Positions 16,949 through 24,822 of a stretch of DNA of 26,137 bases are shown here, piece after piece; position 1 is the first letter of the stretch; each line of letters starts with the position of its first letter. The position numbers were made by a program, and so were the translations under genes. Below the pieces are notes generated by a model, which was given only the letters and a program-made list of their open reading frames with translations, did no database searches and was not told the DNA's origin. The stretch comes from a virus. Its lineage: Duplodnaviria; Caudoviricetes. The stretch covers positions 1 through 26,137 of IMG/VR virus record IMGVR_UViG_3300043414_000445; one strand, written 5' to 3'.

Positions 16949-17970
16949 GCGACGACTTGCAGATGGAGCAGCGGCTCCAAGAAGTCACTGACGCCCACAA
17001 GCGTGCCCTCCGCCAACTGGCGAAGCGTGACGCTGCCCGTGAGGAGTTAGTCGCAGCCGTCTATCAGGCGGCGAAGGATGCCGCCCTGAGCATCACGATC
17101 CCAGCCGTGCCGAAGCCGAAAGCATCAGGCAAGAAGGGCGAAGGCGAGACGCTGGTGATCCTGCTGGGAGACTGGCAGCTTGGCAAGTATTCGGAGACGT
17201 ACAGCATCGACGTGGCGAAGGCTCGTATTGAGTTGCTTGCCACGAAGGTGCAGCGGCTCATTGAACTGCACGGCGTCCCCGTCAATGAGATCGCCTGCGT
17301 GCTGCTCGGCGACTTCGTGGAGTCGGACGGCAACATCTTCCCGAGCCAAGCCTACGAAGTAGAGCGCGGCGGCTTGTACGTTCAGATCTTTGAGGGTGCT
17401 GGGATGCTCGCGCAGTTCGTGCGGGCTATGGCAGCACTCGCTCCGAAGGTCACCGTGCGTGGTGCGATCGGCAACCACGGGCGGCTCGGACGTTTCGGGG
17501 ATCACTCCAACGAGAGCAACGCTGACGCGATCTTGTATCGCATCGCAGCTGAGCACTTGAAGGGTGAGAAGCGCGTTGACTGGAAGGAGTCGCTCACACT
17601 GGGTGGGCGTCACTGGTATGACGTGCTGGACTTGCCGGGCGGCAAGAGCGCCATGCTGGTGCACGGCGATCAGTTCAAGGGCGGCGCCTTCGGGCTGCCG
17701 TTCTACGCAATCGCCAAGCGCGCGCAGGGCTGGAACCTTTCGGTGCAGCCGTTCGACTTTCTCTTTTACGGGCACTGGCACACGCCAAGCCGACTGGTGC
17801 TGAGCGACGGCGCTCACACCTGCTGGGGCAACGCAAGCATTGAGAGCAGCAACCGCTACGCGCAGGAGTGGCTGGCAGCGTCTGGCACCCCCGCGCAGTG
17901 GGCGCTCTTCTTCGGCAAGGAAGGCCCGACTGCCGAGTATCTGGTGCGACTGGATGCCGCGAAAGTCTGA
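16945..17970 (+). CDS. Calcineurin-like metallophosphoesterase with N-terminal coiled coil
   Basis: GDWQLG, LGDFVE, GNHG, VHGD, GHWH motifs; ATGA overlap. Confidence 0.9.
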   Translation: MSDDLQMEQRLQEVTDAHKRALRQLAKRDAAREELVAAVYQAAKDAALSITIPAVPKPKASGKKGEGETLVILLGDWQLGKYSETYSIDVAKARIELLATKVQRLIELHGVPVNEIACVLLGDFVESDGNIFPSQAYEVERGGLYVQIFEGAGMLAQFVRAMAALAPKVTVRGAIGNHGRLGRFGDHSNESNADAILYRIAAEHLKGEKRVDWKESLTLGGRHWYDVLDLPGGKSAMLVHGDQFKGGAFGLPFYAIAKRAQGWNLSVQPFDFLFYGHWHTPSRLVLSDGAHTCWGNASIESSNRYAQEWLAASGTPAQWALFFGKEGPTAEYLVRLDAAKV

Positions 17971-18157
17971 GGCTACGGCAAGCATCTGCCCCGTCTGCGG
18001 AGAGATGGGGCAGGTGTACGCCTACGGGGAGCAGGTCGTCAACACGGGCGCCTACGGGGTGAGCTGGGTGCTTGGGCAGGGCGTCTGCAAGGGCTGCCTG
18101 AGCGTGATTATGGACGCCGTCAAGGAGGGCAACCTTCCCGACCCTGAGGGGGGTTGA
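17954..18157 (+). CDS. Small Zn-ribbon protein
   Basis: CPVC...CKGC; overlaps the end of the phosphoesterase. Confidence 0.65.
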   Translation: MPRKSEATASICPVCGEMGQVYAYGEQVVNTGAYGVSWVLGQGVCKGCLSVIMDAVKEGNLPDPEGG

Positions 18158-18183
18158 CGGGCTCAAACCGTTAGGTGTAGGAT
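18154..18183 (+). promoter_or_regulatory. Sigma70-like promoter for the early region
   Basis: TTGACG - 18 nt - TAGGAT in one of few intergenic gaps, upstream of RBS AAGGAGG. Confidence 0.65.
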
Positions 18184-18235
18184 TACGAAGTCAGGAAAGA
18201 CAGCCCCATGCGGGGCGACTGGCAAGGAGGTCAAG

Positions 18236-18478
18236 ATGGCAAAGGCAACACTCCGGGAGATCAAGGCGAACCTTGAGAGCATCGCTGATGGCGTGCTCTT
18301 GAATCCAGCGAACGAAGACGCAGCCTTCTGGGCTGAGCGCATCAAGGACGTCGTCCCAAGGCTGGAGACTTTCCGCAGCGTCAAGATTGAAGCCAGCGTC
18401 ACGGCGTTTGCCTTCGAGAAGATGGGCGACACGTTCACCGCTGAGCTGCTTGAAGACGCGATCGCGACGGTGCGCTGA
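18236..18478 (+). CDS. Hypothetical protein (first early gene)
   Basis: Strong RBS AAGGAGG; coupled downstream by TGATG. Confidence 0.75.
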   Translation: MAKATLREIKANLESIADGVLLNPANEDAAFWAERIKDVVPRLETFRSVKIEASVTAFAFEKMGDTFTAELLEDAIATVR

Positions 18479-18624
18479 TGAGCGCCTTCTTCAATCTCTG
18501 CCCAGTATCGGCGCGCCACGGGTATCTGCTCGTGGTGAAGAACGAGCAGGGGGGCCTCATCGCCGTCTGCCCCACGTGCTACGTCCCAGTGAAGGGGCGC
18601 AAGAATCTTCTGGAGGTGAAGTGA
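18478..18624 (+). CDS. 48-aa Zn-ribbon-like protein (not in ORF track)
   Basis: MSAFFNLCPVSARHGYLLVVKNEQGGLIAVCPTCYVPVKGRKNLLEVK; TGATG coupling at both ends. Confidence 0.65.
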   Translation: MSAFFNLCPVSARHGYLLVVKNEQGGLIAVCPTCYVPVKGRKNLLEVK

Positions 18625-19100
18625 TGATCGCAACAGTCTGGCAGGGCATCACGCGCCCAGTCGCAGTGCAGACGATCACTGACTGGGATGCGTTGAAGGA
18701 GCAACTGCATCAGCACCGTGCCACGCTGAACAAGAAGACTGGGCGCCTATGGTCGCCCGTCACCTTGAAGGCTGGCACCTACACCCGCGCTAACGCCAAC
18801 ATCGAAGCCGTCACCGCGCTGGTGCTGGACTTTGACGCTGGCGAGCGTTGGCGCGACGTGCGTCAGCAGCTAGACGGCGAGTGGGTGGCGTACACCACCT
18901 TCAGCCACTCTGGCTGGGGTGAACGCTTCCACGTCGTCAAGCGTCTTGCGCAGCCAGTAGCGGCTGCAGAGTGGCCCGACGTGTATCGCAGGGCAGCGGC
19001 ACGCTATGGCAAGGCAGACAATCTGCCAGCGCCAAGCCACTCTTACTATCTGCCGCAGCATCAGCCCGGCATGCAGCACTGGACGGAGGTTTCAGCATGA
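18624..19100 (+). CDS. Stand-alone AEP-superfamily primase/polymerase catalytic domain
   Basis: WSP, RANANI, LVLDFD (DxD), YTTFSH, RFHVV, YYLP motifs; GGAGG RBS. Confidence 0.75.
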   Translation: MIATVWQGITRPVAVQTITDWDALKEQLHQHRATLNKKTGRLWSPVTLKAGTYTRANANIEAVTALVLDFDAGERWRDVRQQLDGEWVAYTTFSHSGWGERFHVVKRLAQPVAAAEWPDVYRRAAARYGKADNLPAPSHSYYLPQHQPGMQHWTEVSA

Positions 19101-19180
19101 ACGCAGTCAAGGACTTTCTCGGGTTCGCCATGTTCATCGGGTGCATCATCGTGGTGCTAATCGTCGGGGGTGCATCGTGA
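19097..19180 (+). CDS. 27-aa single-TM peptide
   Basis: GGAGG RBS, ATGA overlap; MNAVKDFLGFAMFIGCIIVVLIVGGAS. Confidence 0.6.
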   Translation: MNAVKDFLGFAMFIGCIIVVLIVGGAS

Positions 19181-19323
19181 GGATCAACCGCGCGAGTGAC
19201 CCCAAGACGATCACCAGCTTTTACAAGCCGAAGGAGCGCATCGAAGCGCGCCGACGCAGTGACGCCACCATCGTGTTCTGCATCGTCGTCATCGTCATCG
19301 TGGCGCTGGTGAGGGGCTTCTGA
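19177..19323 (+). CDS. 48-aa protein with C-terminal TM
   Basis: GTGA overlap; IVFCIVVIVIVALV. Confidence 0.6.
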   Translation: MRINRASDPKTITSFYKPKERIEARRRSDATIVFCIVVIVIVALVRGF

Positions 19324-19520
19324 TGATCGCTGACCTATGCAAGCCAGGGGACATCAGCGGGATCGGCAAGCACCGCCCGTGTGTCCGGGTGCTCATGTGC
19401 GGCAAGTGTGACCGCCCGCTGGTGAACGATGCACCAGTTTGCGGAGAGTGCTCTTACTGCGTGCGACTCATTGAGCGCCGCTTGCGCAAGCCGCGCAAGA
19501 CGGCAACGGGGCGCTGGTAA
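19323..19520 (+). CDS. Cys-rich Zn-finger protein
   Basis: CGKC, CGECSYC; coupled starts. Confidence 0.65.
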   Translation: MIADLCKPGDISGIGKHRPCVRVLMCGKCDRPLVNDAPVCGECSYCVRLIERRLRKPRKTATGRW

Positions 19521-19711
19521 TGCCGCTCTACGTGTTCGAGTGCTGGACGTGCTGCACCACTGAGGAGCGACTGCAGACGGGCTTTCAGCCCGTAGTGCCA
19601 CGCTGCGACGGATGCGGGGCATGGATGCAGCTGCAGATCAGCCAGTCCAGCGTCCAGTTCAAGGGCGAAGGCTGGGCCAAGGTTGACCGAAAGAAGGAGG
19701 GGAAAAAGTGA
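19520..19711 (+). CDS. FmdB-like zinc-ribbon protein
   Basis: MPLYVFECxxC...CDGCG...VQFKGEGW signature. Confidence 0.85.
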   Translation: MPLYVFECWTCCTTEERLQTGFQPVVPRCDGCGAWMQLQISQSSVQFKGEGWAKVDRKKEGKK

Positions 19712-19935
19712 TCAAGTGGAAGTGCACTATTTGCTGGCGTCAGATGCAGACGGACATCAAGCCGGGGCTCGTGCTGCGGCTTTGCCCAGACTGCAGGGTG
19801 ACGCACTGCCAGCGCGTCGTTGACATCTACAGCGCGGCTGGCGAGACGGAGAAACTAAAGGACGCGAAGGCAAGGCTGCGCGATGCAGTCAAGGCGCGGA
19901 AGAATAGTCGAGCAGTGAAGGAGGTCATCAAGTGA
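19708..19935 (+). CDS. Zn-finger hypothetical protein
   Basis: CTIC...CPDC; RBS AAGGAGG. Confidence 0.7.
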   Translation: MIKWKCTICWRQMQTDIKPGLVLRLCPDCRVTHCQRVVDIYSAAGETEKLKDAKARLRDAVKARKNSRAVKEVIK

Positions 19936-20882
19936 GCAAGAAGCAGTTCGAGTTCGTCAAGGCACCGCAGCGTTCAGCCGAGTGGCTGGAGTTGCGACGG
20001 CAGGGGCTGGGAGCCTCAGACATGGCGGCAGTCATGGGCGTCAGCCCGTACAAGACGCCCTACCAGCTCTGGGCTGAGAAGACTGGAGCAACGCCAGAGC
20101 AGAAGGTCGGAGCCGCTGCCAACCGGGGCGTCATCCTTGAGGATGCCGTCGGGCAGTACTACGAGCAGGAGCGCGGCGTGAAGTTGCGCAAGTCGAACGG
20201 CGTGGTGCGACTCAAGAAGCATCCGCGCATCATGGCGTCACTGGATCGCACCATCGTCGGCGAGCCGAAGGGCATCGTGGAGATCAAGACATCGGCAAGC
20301 CCACGCTGGAGCATGTGGCCCGTGCCCCCTGAGGTCGTCATCCAAACGCACGTGCAGATGGGCATCACGGGCGCGGAGTGGTGCGACGTCGTCGCCCTGC
20401 TCGGCGGGCTGGTGTTCAAGATCGAGCGCGTGCAGTTTGACCCTGAACTCTGGGCAGAGATTCAGCGAGCAGCGATGCTCTTCTTGGAAGCCGTGGACTC
20501 TAAGATGCCGCCGCAGCTGGAGGCGCTAGACGCCCAAGCCTTCGCCATCGCCACGCCGCAGGGCTCGCAAGAGTTCGCGGAGGCGACGCCTGACCTGGAG
20601 CGCGTCTACGCCCAACTCCGTGAGACGAACACGGAGCTGCACTTCATTGAGCAGAAGAAGGGCTCGCTCGAGATCATCATCAAGGAGGCGATCGGCGAGA
20701 AGGCGGGGCTGGCTGGCAACGGCTGGACGGTGTACTGGAAGCAGGCACGCCCGTCGGAAGTCACGGACTGGAAGATGGTGGCGCAGGCATCGGGTGCCCT
20801 GCAGTCTGTCATCACCACCTACACGGACGTGAAGCCCGGCTCGCGCCGCTTCATCATCAACGACGGAGGGCTCCATGACTGA
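19932..20882 (+). CDS. YqaJ-like viral recombination exonuclease
   Basis: EWLELRRQGLGASD, SPYKTPYQLWAEKTG, ASLDR, VEIKT, QTHVQM. Confidence 0.92.
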   Translation: MSKKQFEFVKAPQRSAEWLELRRQGLGASDMAAVMGVSPYKTPYQLWAEKTGATPEQKVGAAANRGVILEDAVGQYYEQERGVKLRKSNGVVRLKKHPRIMASLDRTIVGEPKGIVEIKTSASPRWSMWPVPPEVVIQTHVQMGITGAEWCDVVALLGGLVFKIERVQFDPELWAEIQRAAMLFLEAVDSKMPPQLEALDAQAFAIATPQGSQEFAEATPDLERVYAQLRETNTELHFIEQKKGSLEIIIKEAIGEKAGLAGNGWTVYWKQARPSEVTDWKMVAQASGALQSVITTYTDVKPGSRRFIINDGGLHD

Positions 20883-21375
20883 GCAGACGATCATCCTTGA
20901 CCCCTACGAGTGGGCTCACGCCAAGCAGGTCGGCACGGCGCGTGACGAATCCAGCAAGGTGAAGGGGCAGCAGGGGCGCAGCGGGCAGAGCCCCGACCGC
21001 AGCCTGCAGAATCACATTGACGGCGCAGCTGCTGAACTGGCAGTATGCATCGCCCTGGGGTTGCCGTGGTCGGCAAACATTGACACCTACCTGAGCGAGC
21101 CAGACGTGGAGGTGCCTTGGCTCGGCGGGGTTGAGGTGAAGTGGACGTCGGGCATCGGACTCATCGTTCGCAACGAAGGACGTCACGAGATCCACGTGCT
21201 GGTGACGGGCAACGGGCCAGTCAAGCGCATCGTGGGCTGGCTGGACGTGGAGGGATTGGAAGCACTCAAGGCAAGTCCGAAGACTGACTTCGGCAACGGT
21301 CGGGCACCACAGTGGCTCAAGCCGATCGAACAACTGAACAACTGGGGACTCTTCCCCAAGAAGGAGGCAGCATGA
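20875..21375 (+). CDS. PD-(D/E)xK-like nuclease-fold protein
   Basis: GAAAELAV...PDVE...VEVKWT. Confidence 0.6.
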   Translation: MTEQTIILDPYEWAHAKQVGTARDESSKVKGQQGRSGQSPDRSLQNHIDGAAAELAVCIALGLPWSANIDTYLSEPDVEVPWLGGVEVKWTSGIGLIVRNEGRHEIHVLVTGNGPVKRIVGWLDVEGLEALKASPKTDFGNGRAPQWLKPIEQLNNWGLFPKKEAA

Positions 21376-22070
21376 ACAAGCACTCGGAGATTCTCGCCGC
21401 GCTATCGGCACCCTTCCCACCTGAGGTGATCCGTCATCGCGTAGGTGCCGGGGGCAAGGACTTGACGTGGGTGGACGCCCGCACCGTCGCAGCTCGGCTG
21501 GATGAGGTGCTCGGCGTCAACGCTTGGGACTTCGCCGTGGAGCCCGTAGGAGACACGCACACGGTCGTCGGCATCCTGACGTGCCGCTTCCCCGACGGCA
21601 GCGTTGCCCGTCGCCAAGACTTCGGCTATGAGACTGGGGGCTCGGGCGAGTCACTCAAGGAGGCGGCGTCAGATGCCCTCAGGCGCTGCGCTTCACTCTT
21701 CGGGGTGGCTAGATACCTTTACGGGGGAGAACGCCCCGCAGCGGGGCGCGTTGCCCTGCCAGCGTTGAAGGCTATGAGCCTGCCTCAGACTGCTGCGCCA
21801 GCCGTCGGGCAGGACACGGTGGTGCTGAAGGCAGCCATGGCAATCTTCGGCAACGACAACTGCCCTGATCACGGGCAGCCGTGGACGAAGAAGCCAGGCG
21901 GCGTGAGCAAGGCGACGGGCAAGCCGTACCAGCCCTTCTGGGCATGCTCAGGTCGAACGGACGGGGCCTTCTGCAAGCGCAAGCCCAGCATTGACTTCAT
22001 CAACGCGCAGGCTGCGCCACTGGGCGAGCCCGTGCGGGCTGAAGAAGATCTCAGCGAGTTGCCGTTCTAG
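21372..22070 (+). CDS. sak: Rad52/Sak-like single-strand annealing protein with C-terminal Zn-finger
   Basis: LSAPFP, WVDARTVAARLDEVLG, LKEAASDALRRCASLFGVARYLY; CPDH..FWAC..C; acidic ELPF tail; RBS AAGGAGG. Confidence 0.9.
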   Translation: MNKHSEILAALSAPFPPEVIRHRVGAGGKDLTWVDARTVAARLDEVLGVNAWDFAVEPVGDTHTVVGILTCRFPDGSVARRQDFGYETGGSGESLKEAASDALRRCASLFGVARYLYGGERPAAGRVALPALKAMSLPQTAAPAVGQDTVVLKAAMAIFGNDNCPDHGQPWTKKPGGVSKATGKPYQPFWACSGRTDGAFCKRKPSIDFINAQAAPLGEPVRAEEDLSELPF

Positions 22071-22080
22071 GTCATCACAT

Positions 22081-22108
22081 GGGGGCGGGCTCTTGACGGC
22101 TCGCCCCC
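22081..22108 (+). terminator. GC-rich hairpin between sak and the initiator gene
   Basis: GGGGGCGGGC / GCTCGCCCCC stem, 8-nt loop; no U-tract. Confidence 0.5.
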
Positions 22109-22126
22109 GCCAGCATCGGAGGGATC

Positions 22127-22564
22127 ATGGGGCTATGGATCAAGTGGGACGCTAACGCCCACAAGGACGATAAGATCGCAACGCTCACGGACACGGAGTT
22201 CAGGGCGTTCATCATCGCCATCAGCGAAGCCAAGCAGCTGCGCAGTGGTGGCATCTTCAAGAGCCGGGAGCACCTCAAGGCGTGCATCGGCAGCCACTAC
22301 GGCAAGGCAATCAGCGGGCTGCTGAACAAGGGCCTGCTGGGGGTAGATCAGGCAGGGTTCGTTGCCATTACGGGCTGGCATCGCTATCAGGTTGACCCGA
22401 CATCAACCCAACGTCAGGCTGCGTTCACCGCTCGCCGACGCTCAGAATCGGGGGGGATAACGGAATCCAAACACCATAGAGCAGAGAGAGAGCAGAGAGA
22501 GAGAGAGAATAAACCCCCTACCCCCTTACAGGCTGGAGAGATCTTGAGGAGGATTGTCGGATGA
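22127..22564 (+). CDS. Putative replication initiator / replisome organiser (short)
   Basis: WIKWD....DDKIATL N-terminus, ITGWHRYQ...STQRQAAF, then ERE-rich and KPPTP segment. Confidence 0.7.
   Translation: MGLWIKWDANAHKDDKIATLTDTEFRAFIIAISEAKQLRSGGIFKSREHLKACIGSHYGKAISGLLNKGLLGVDQAGFVAITGWHRYQVDPTSTQRQAAFTARRRSESGGITESKHHRAEREQRERENKPPTPLQAGEILRRIVG
22478..22526 (+). repeat. Purine-rich tandem tract inside the initiator gene (candidate origin)
   Basis: AGAGCAGAGAG x2, (AG)n, AATAA, ACCCCCT x2. Confidence 0.55.
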
Positions 22565-23121
22565 GGAACGTAGCGTTCATTGGGAAGTCAGGCACTGGCA
22601 AGACGACGCTGAGCCAGATGCTCTCGGAGCATCACGCCTATCAGGTCACCAGCATCGCAGCGCCGATCCGAGAGATCGCCGTCATGGCATATGGCAAGTT
22701 CAACAAGGCGATGAAGTACCCGCAGCAGACGCTGGGACTTGCTCGGCTGATCACTGGGCGTGAGCTGCTGCAAGACATTGGCGCTGCCTTGAGGGAGATG
22801 GACTCACTCTTCTGGATGCGCATCTGGCTGCAGCGAACGAAGCACGGCGCTAAGGATGGCGTCATCGGCAGCATGCTCTTCGTAGTGGACGACGTCAGGC
22901 TGGACGCCGAGCGGGCCTTCATCAAGGCGTGGTACCCAGAAACGCTCTTCGTGCGGCTGGTGCGCCCCCCGGTCGGCGAGCTGCAAGAGTGGCAGCATGA
23001 CGTGACGGAGCGTCAGGCTGGGGACATGGAGGCTGAGGTGGTACTGGACACAGACGCACTGACTCCCCTAGAGTGCATCTCAGTTGTCCTAGACGCAGCA
23101 CGCATGGAGGTGGAAGCATGA
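22561..23121 (+). CDS. Deoxynucleoside monophosphate kinase-like P-loop protein
   Basis: GKSGTGKTT, IAAPIRE, GRELLQDIG, VVDDVR, HDVTE. Confidence 0.85.
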   Translation: MRNVAFIGKSGTGKTTLSQMLSEHHAYQVTSIAAPIREIAVMAYGKFNKAMKYPQQTLGLARLITGRELLQDIGAALREMDSLFWMRIWLQRTKHGAKDGVIGSMLFVVDDVRLDAERAFIKAWYPETLFVRLVRPPVGELQEWQHDVTERQAGDMEAEVVLDTDALTPLECISVVLDAARMEVEA

Positions 23122-23339
23122 GCGAACTGAGCGAACTTGAAACCATGGCGGAGATGGTTGGCTTCAGATACGCCAACTGCACGATCGACACGGTGACCCG
23201 TAAAGTCACGCTGCAGTGTGAGGATCATGACGGGCAGACGCTGACCGTTGAGGGCGAGACGCTCAATGACGCGATGAGCGCCATGATGATCAAGCTGGGC
23301 TCAATGCTCCAGCGGGACGGACAGACATGGCAGGAGTAA
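23118..23339 (+). CDS. Hypothetical protein
   Basis: GGAGG RBS, ATGA overlap. Confidence 0.7.
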   Translation: MSELSELETMAEMVGFRYANCTIDTVTRKVTLQCEDHDGQTLTVEGETLNDAMSAMMIKLGSMLQRDGQTWQE

Positions 23340-23530
23340 AGGCGCAGCGCGGCGGGCCATCGTTGCCACCACGCTGGACGGATTCGGACTGCACAGAGTG
23401 CGGCAAGGTCATCACCCTGGCTGATCCGAAGAAGCCCGTCTTCCCCGCTGCTCGGGTGAAGGTCATCACCTTCGTCGGAGCCAAGGGCAACGTGCGCCTG
23501 CACTGGCGACACAAGGGCTGCGTCAAGTGA
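23327..23530 (+). CDS. Small Zn-binding protein
   Basis: CTEC...HKGC. Confidence 0.65.
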   Translation: MAGVKAQRGGPSLPPRWTDSDCTECGKVITLADPKKPVFPAARVKVITFVGAKGNVRLHWRHKGCVK

Positions 23531-23829
23531 GCCGGGTGAAGGAGTTCACCTTGCGTGGCGAGAAGCTCTGGGCGTCGCAGTACGGCACCAGCGCCGAAGT
23601 GTTTGACATTGACGGCATGCCCTACGCCAGACTCAGCACCTACGTCACGGGCGAGAATCCGCCCGCTGGCTTCTTCTTCTGCAAGGCGTACAGCGAGAAC
23701 ACCGAACTGGTGAACGCCATGATCGAGCAGGGCGCGCTGCTGATTAGTGGCGACCCGATCTTCTTGCCGCCGTTCGGTGCCAAGGTACTGATCGCCCGGC
23801 TCAACTCCGAGCACGAGCAGGTGCAGTGA
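23527..23829 (+). CDS. Hypothetical protein
   Basis: GTGA overlap; PYARLSTYV..KAYSENTELV. Confidence 0.7.
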   Translation: MSRVKEFTLRGEKLWASQYGTSAEVFDIDGMPYARLSTYVTGENPPAGFFFCKAYSENTELVNAMIEQGALLISGDPIFLPPFGAKVLIARLNSEHEQVQ

Positions 23830-23990
23830 TGACGGGCCTTATCGTCACGCTGATGGTTGCCCACACGCTGATCGCTCTCGCCATGGGTTGGATCGGGCTC
23901 ACGCATCACCGCGCCAGCTCAGGCATCGTCATCACGTGGTTTGGAATCAGCCTGCTCACGGTGGTGGCACTAGGGCAGGCGCTACGATGA
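23829..23990 (+). CDS. 53-aa two-TM membrane protein (not in ORF track)
   Basis: MTGLIVTLMVAHTLIALAMGWIGLTHHRASSGIVITWFGISLLTVVALGQALR; coupled at both ends. Confidence 0.65.
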   Translation: MTGLIVTLMVAHTLIALAMGWIGLTHHRASSGIVITWFGISLLTVVALGQALR

Positions 23991-24370
23991 GCCGCATGAG
24001 TGACCTTGACATTGACCTCAAGAACGCAGCGCGCAGCCGCATGGGCAAGAACAACCGCAACCGTGGCAACGGGCTGGAGCGCCGACTGGCTGCTGAACTG
24101 ACTGAGGCTGGACTGGCTGGTGAACGAGTGGGGCAGTTTGGCTTGAAGGTAGACGTCCGTGCTTTGGGGCTGATCATCAGCGCCAAGAAGGGCGGCGCCT
24201 ACTCCGAACGCTATGACAAATGGCTCAACGAGTTGACGCCTAAGGCTGACGAACTGGCGGCGCTGGTGGTAGAAGACGCCCCCGGCTCAGGCATTAGGGC
24301 ACGTCGGCTGGTGGTCATCAGTTGGGCGTCGCTGGTGCAGCTGCTGCAAGAGCGTGAGGAGAAGGCGTGA
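23987..24370 (+). CDS. Hjc-like Holliday junction resolvase homologue
   Basis: NRNRGNGLERRLAAEL...KVDV...IISAKK; C-terminal LVVISWASLVQLL. Confidence 0.65.
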   Translation: MSRMSDLDIDLKNAARSRMGKNNRNRGNGLERRLAAELTEAGLAGERVGQFGLKVDVRALGLIISAKKGGAYSERYDKWLNELTPKADELAALVVEDAPGSGIRARRLVVISWASLVQLLQEREEKA

Positions 24371-24822
24371 AGATCGCACTGGCGCTGGCCCTGCTCTTCG
24401 CTCCGTTGACGAATCCCCAGCCACTCAGCGAGCCGCTGCAGCCCTACGCGATGGGCGTTCTGGCTGATCAGCCAGCCGTGCCTGAGGGGTACTTCGTCGG
24501 CACTGCAACATGGTTTGACGCTGAGCGGGGCAATCAGACGGCGTGGTACACCCGCGCAGGCATGACACTCTACGGAGCGATTGGCGCTGACGTGCACGCC
24601 TACAAGCAGCACTACTGGCGCACCAGTTGGGAAGTCAAGATCACCAGCTTGCTGACGGGCAAAAGCGTCATCGTTCACGTGGTGGATGAGTGCACCTGCT
24701 ACGGCGTGCGCGCCAACCCCAACGATCAGCGACTCATCGACTTATCGCCGCAGGCTTGGGCAGTGCTTGGCGTCCCGCTCTCTCGTGGCGTGATGCCCAT
24801 CACCCTTGACGTGCTGCCATGA
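24367..24822 (+). CDS. Secreted RlpA-like/expansin-like double-psi beta-barrel protein
   Basis: Signal-like MKIALALALLFAP; GTATWF, TGKSVIVHVVDEC, RLIDLSPQAWAVLG. Confidence 0.8.
   Translation: MKIALALALLFAPLTNPQPLSEPLQPYAMGVLADQPAVPEGYFVGTATWFDAERGNQTAWYTRAGMTLYGAIGADVHAYKQHYWRTSWEVKITSLLTGKSVIVHVVDECTCYGVRANPNDQRLIDLSPQAWAVLGVPLSRGVMPITLDVLP

Noticed and set aside
17125-17985. 286-aa minus-strand ORF and the other antisense ORFs (e.g. 4381-5034, 20857-21420, 24962-25555)
   Set aside because: They lie opposite well-supported + genes, show no motifs, and are expected shadow ORFs in GC-rich coding DNA
18387-18623. N-terminal extension of the AEP ORF
   Set aside because: Overlaps two coupled small genes; RBS and TGATG support 18624
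22093-22125. TTGACG in a hairpin loop as a second promoter
   Set aside because: No plausible -10 hexamer at 16-18 nt spacing
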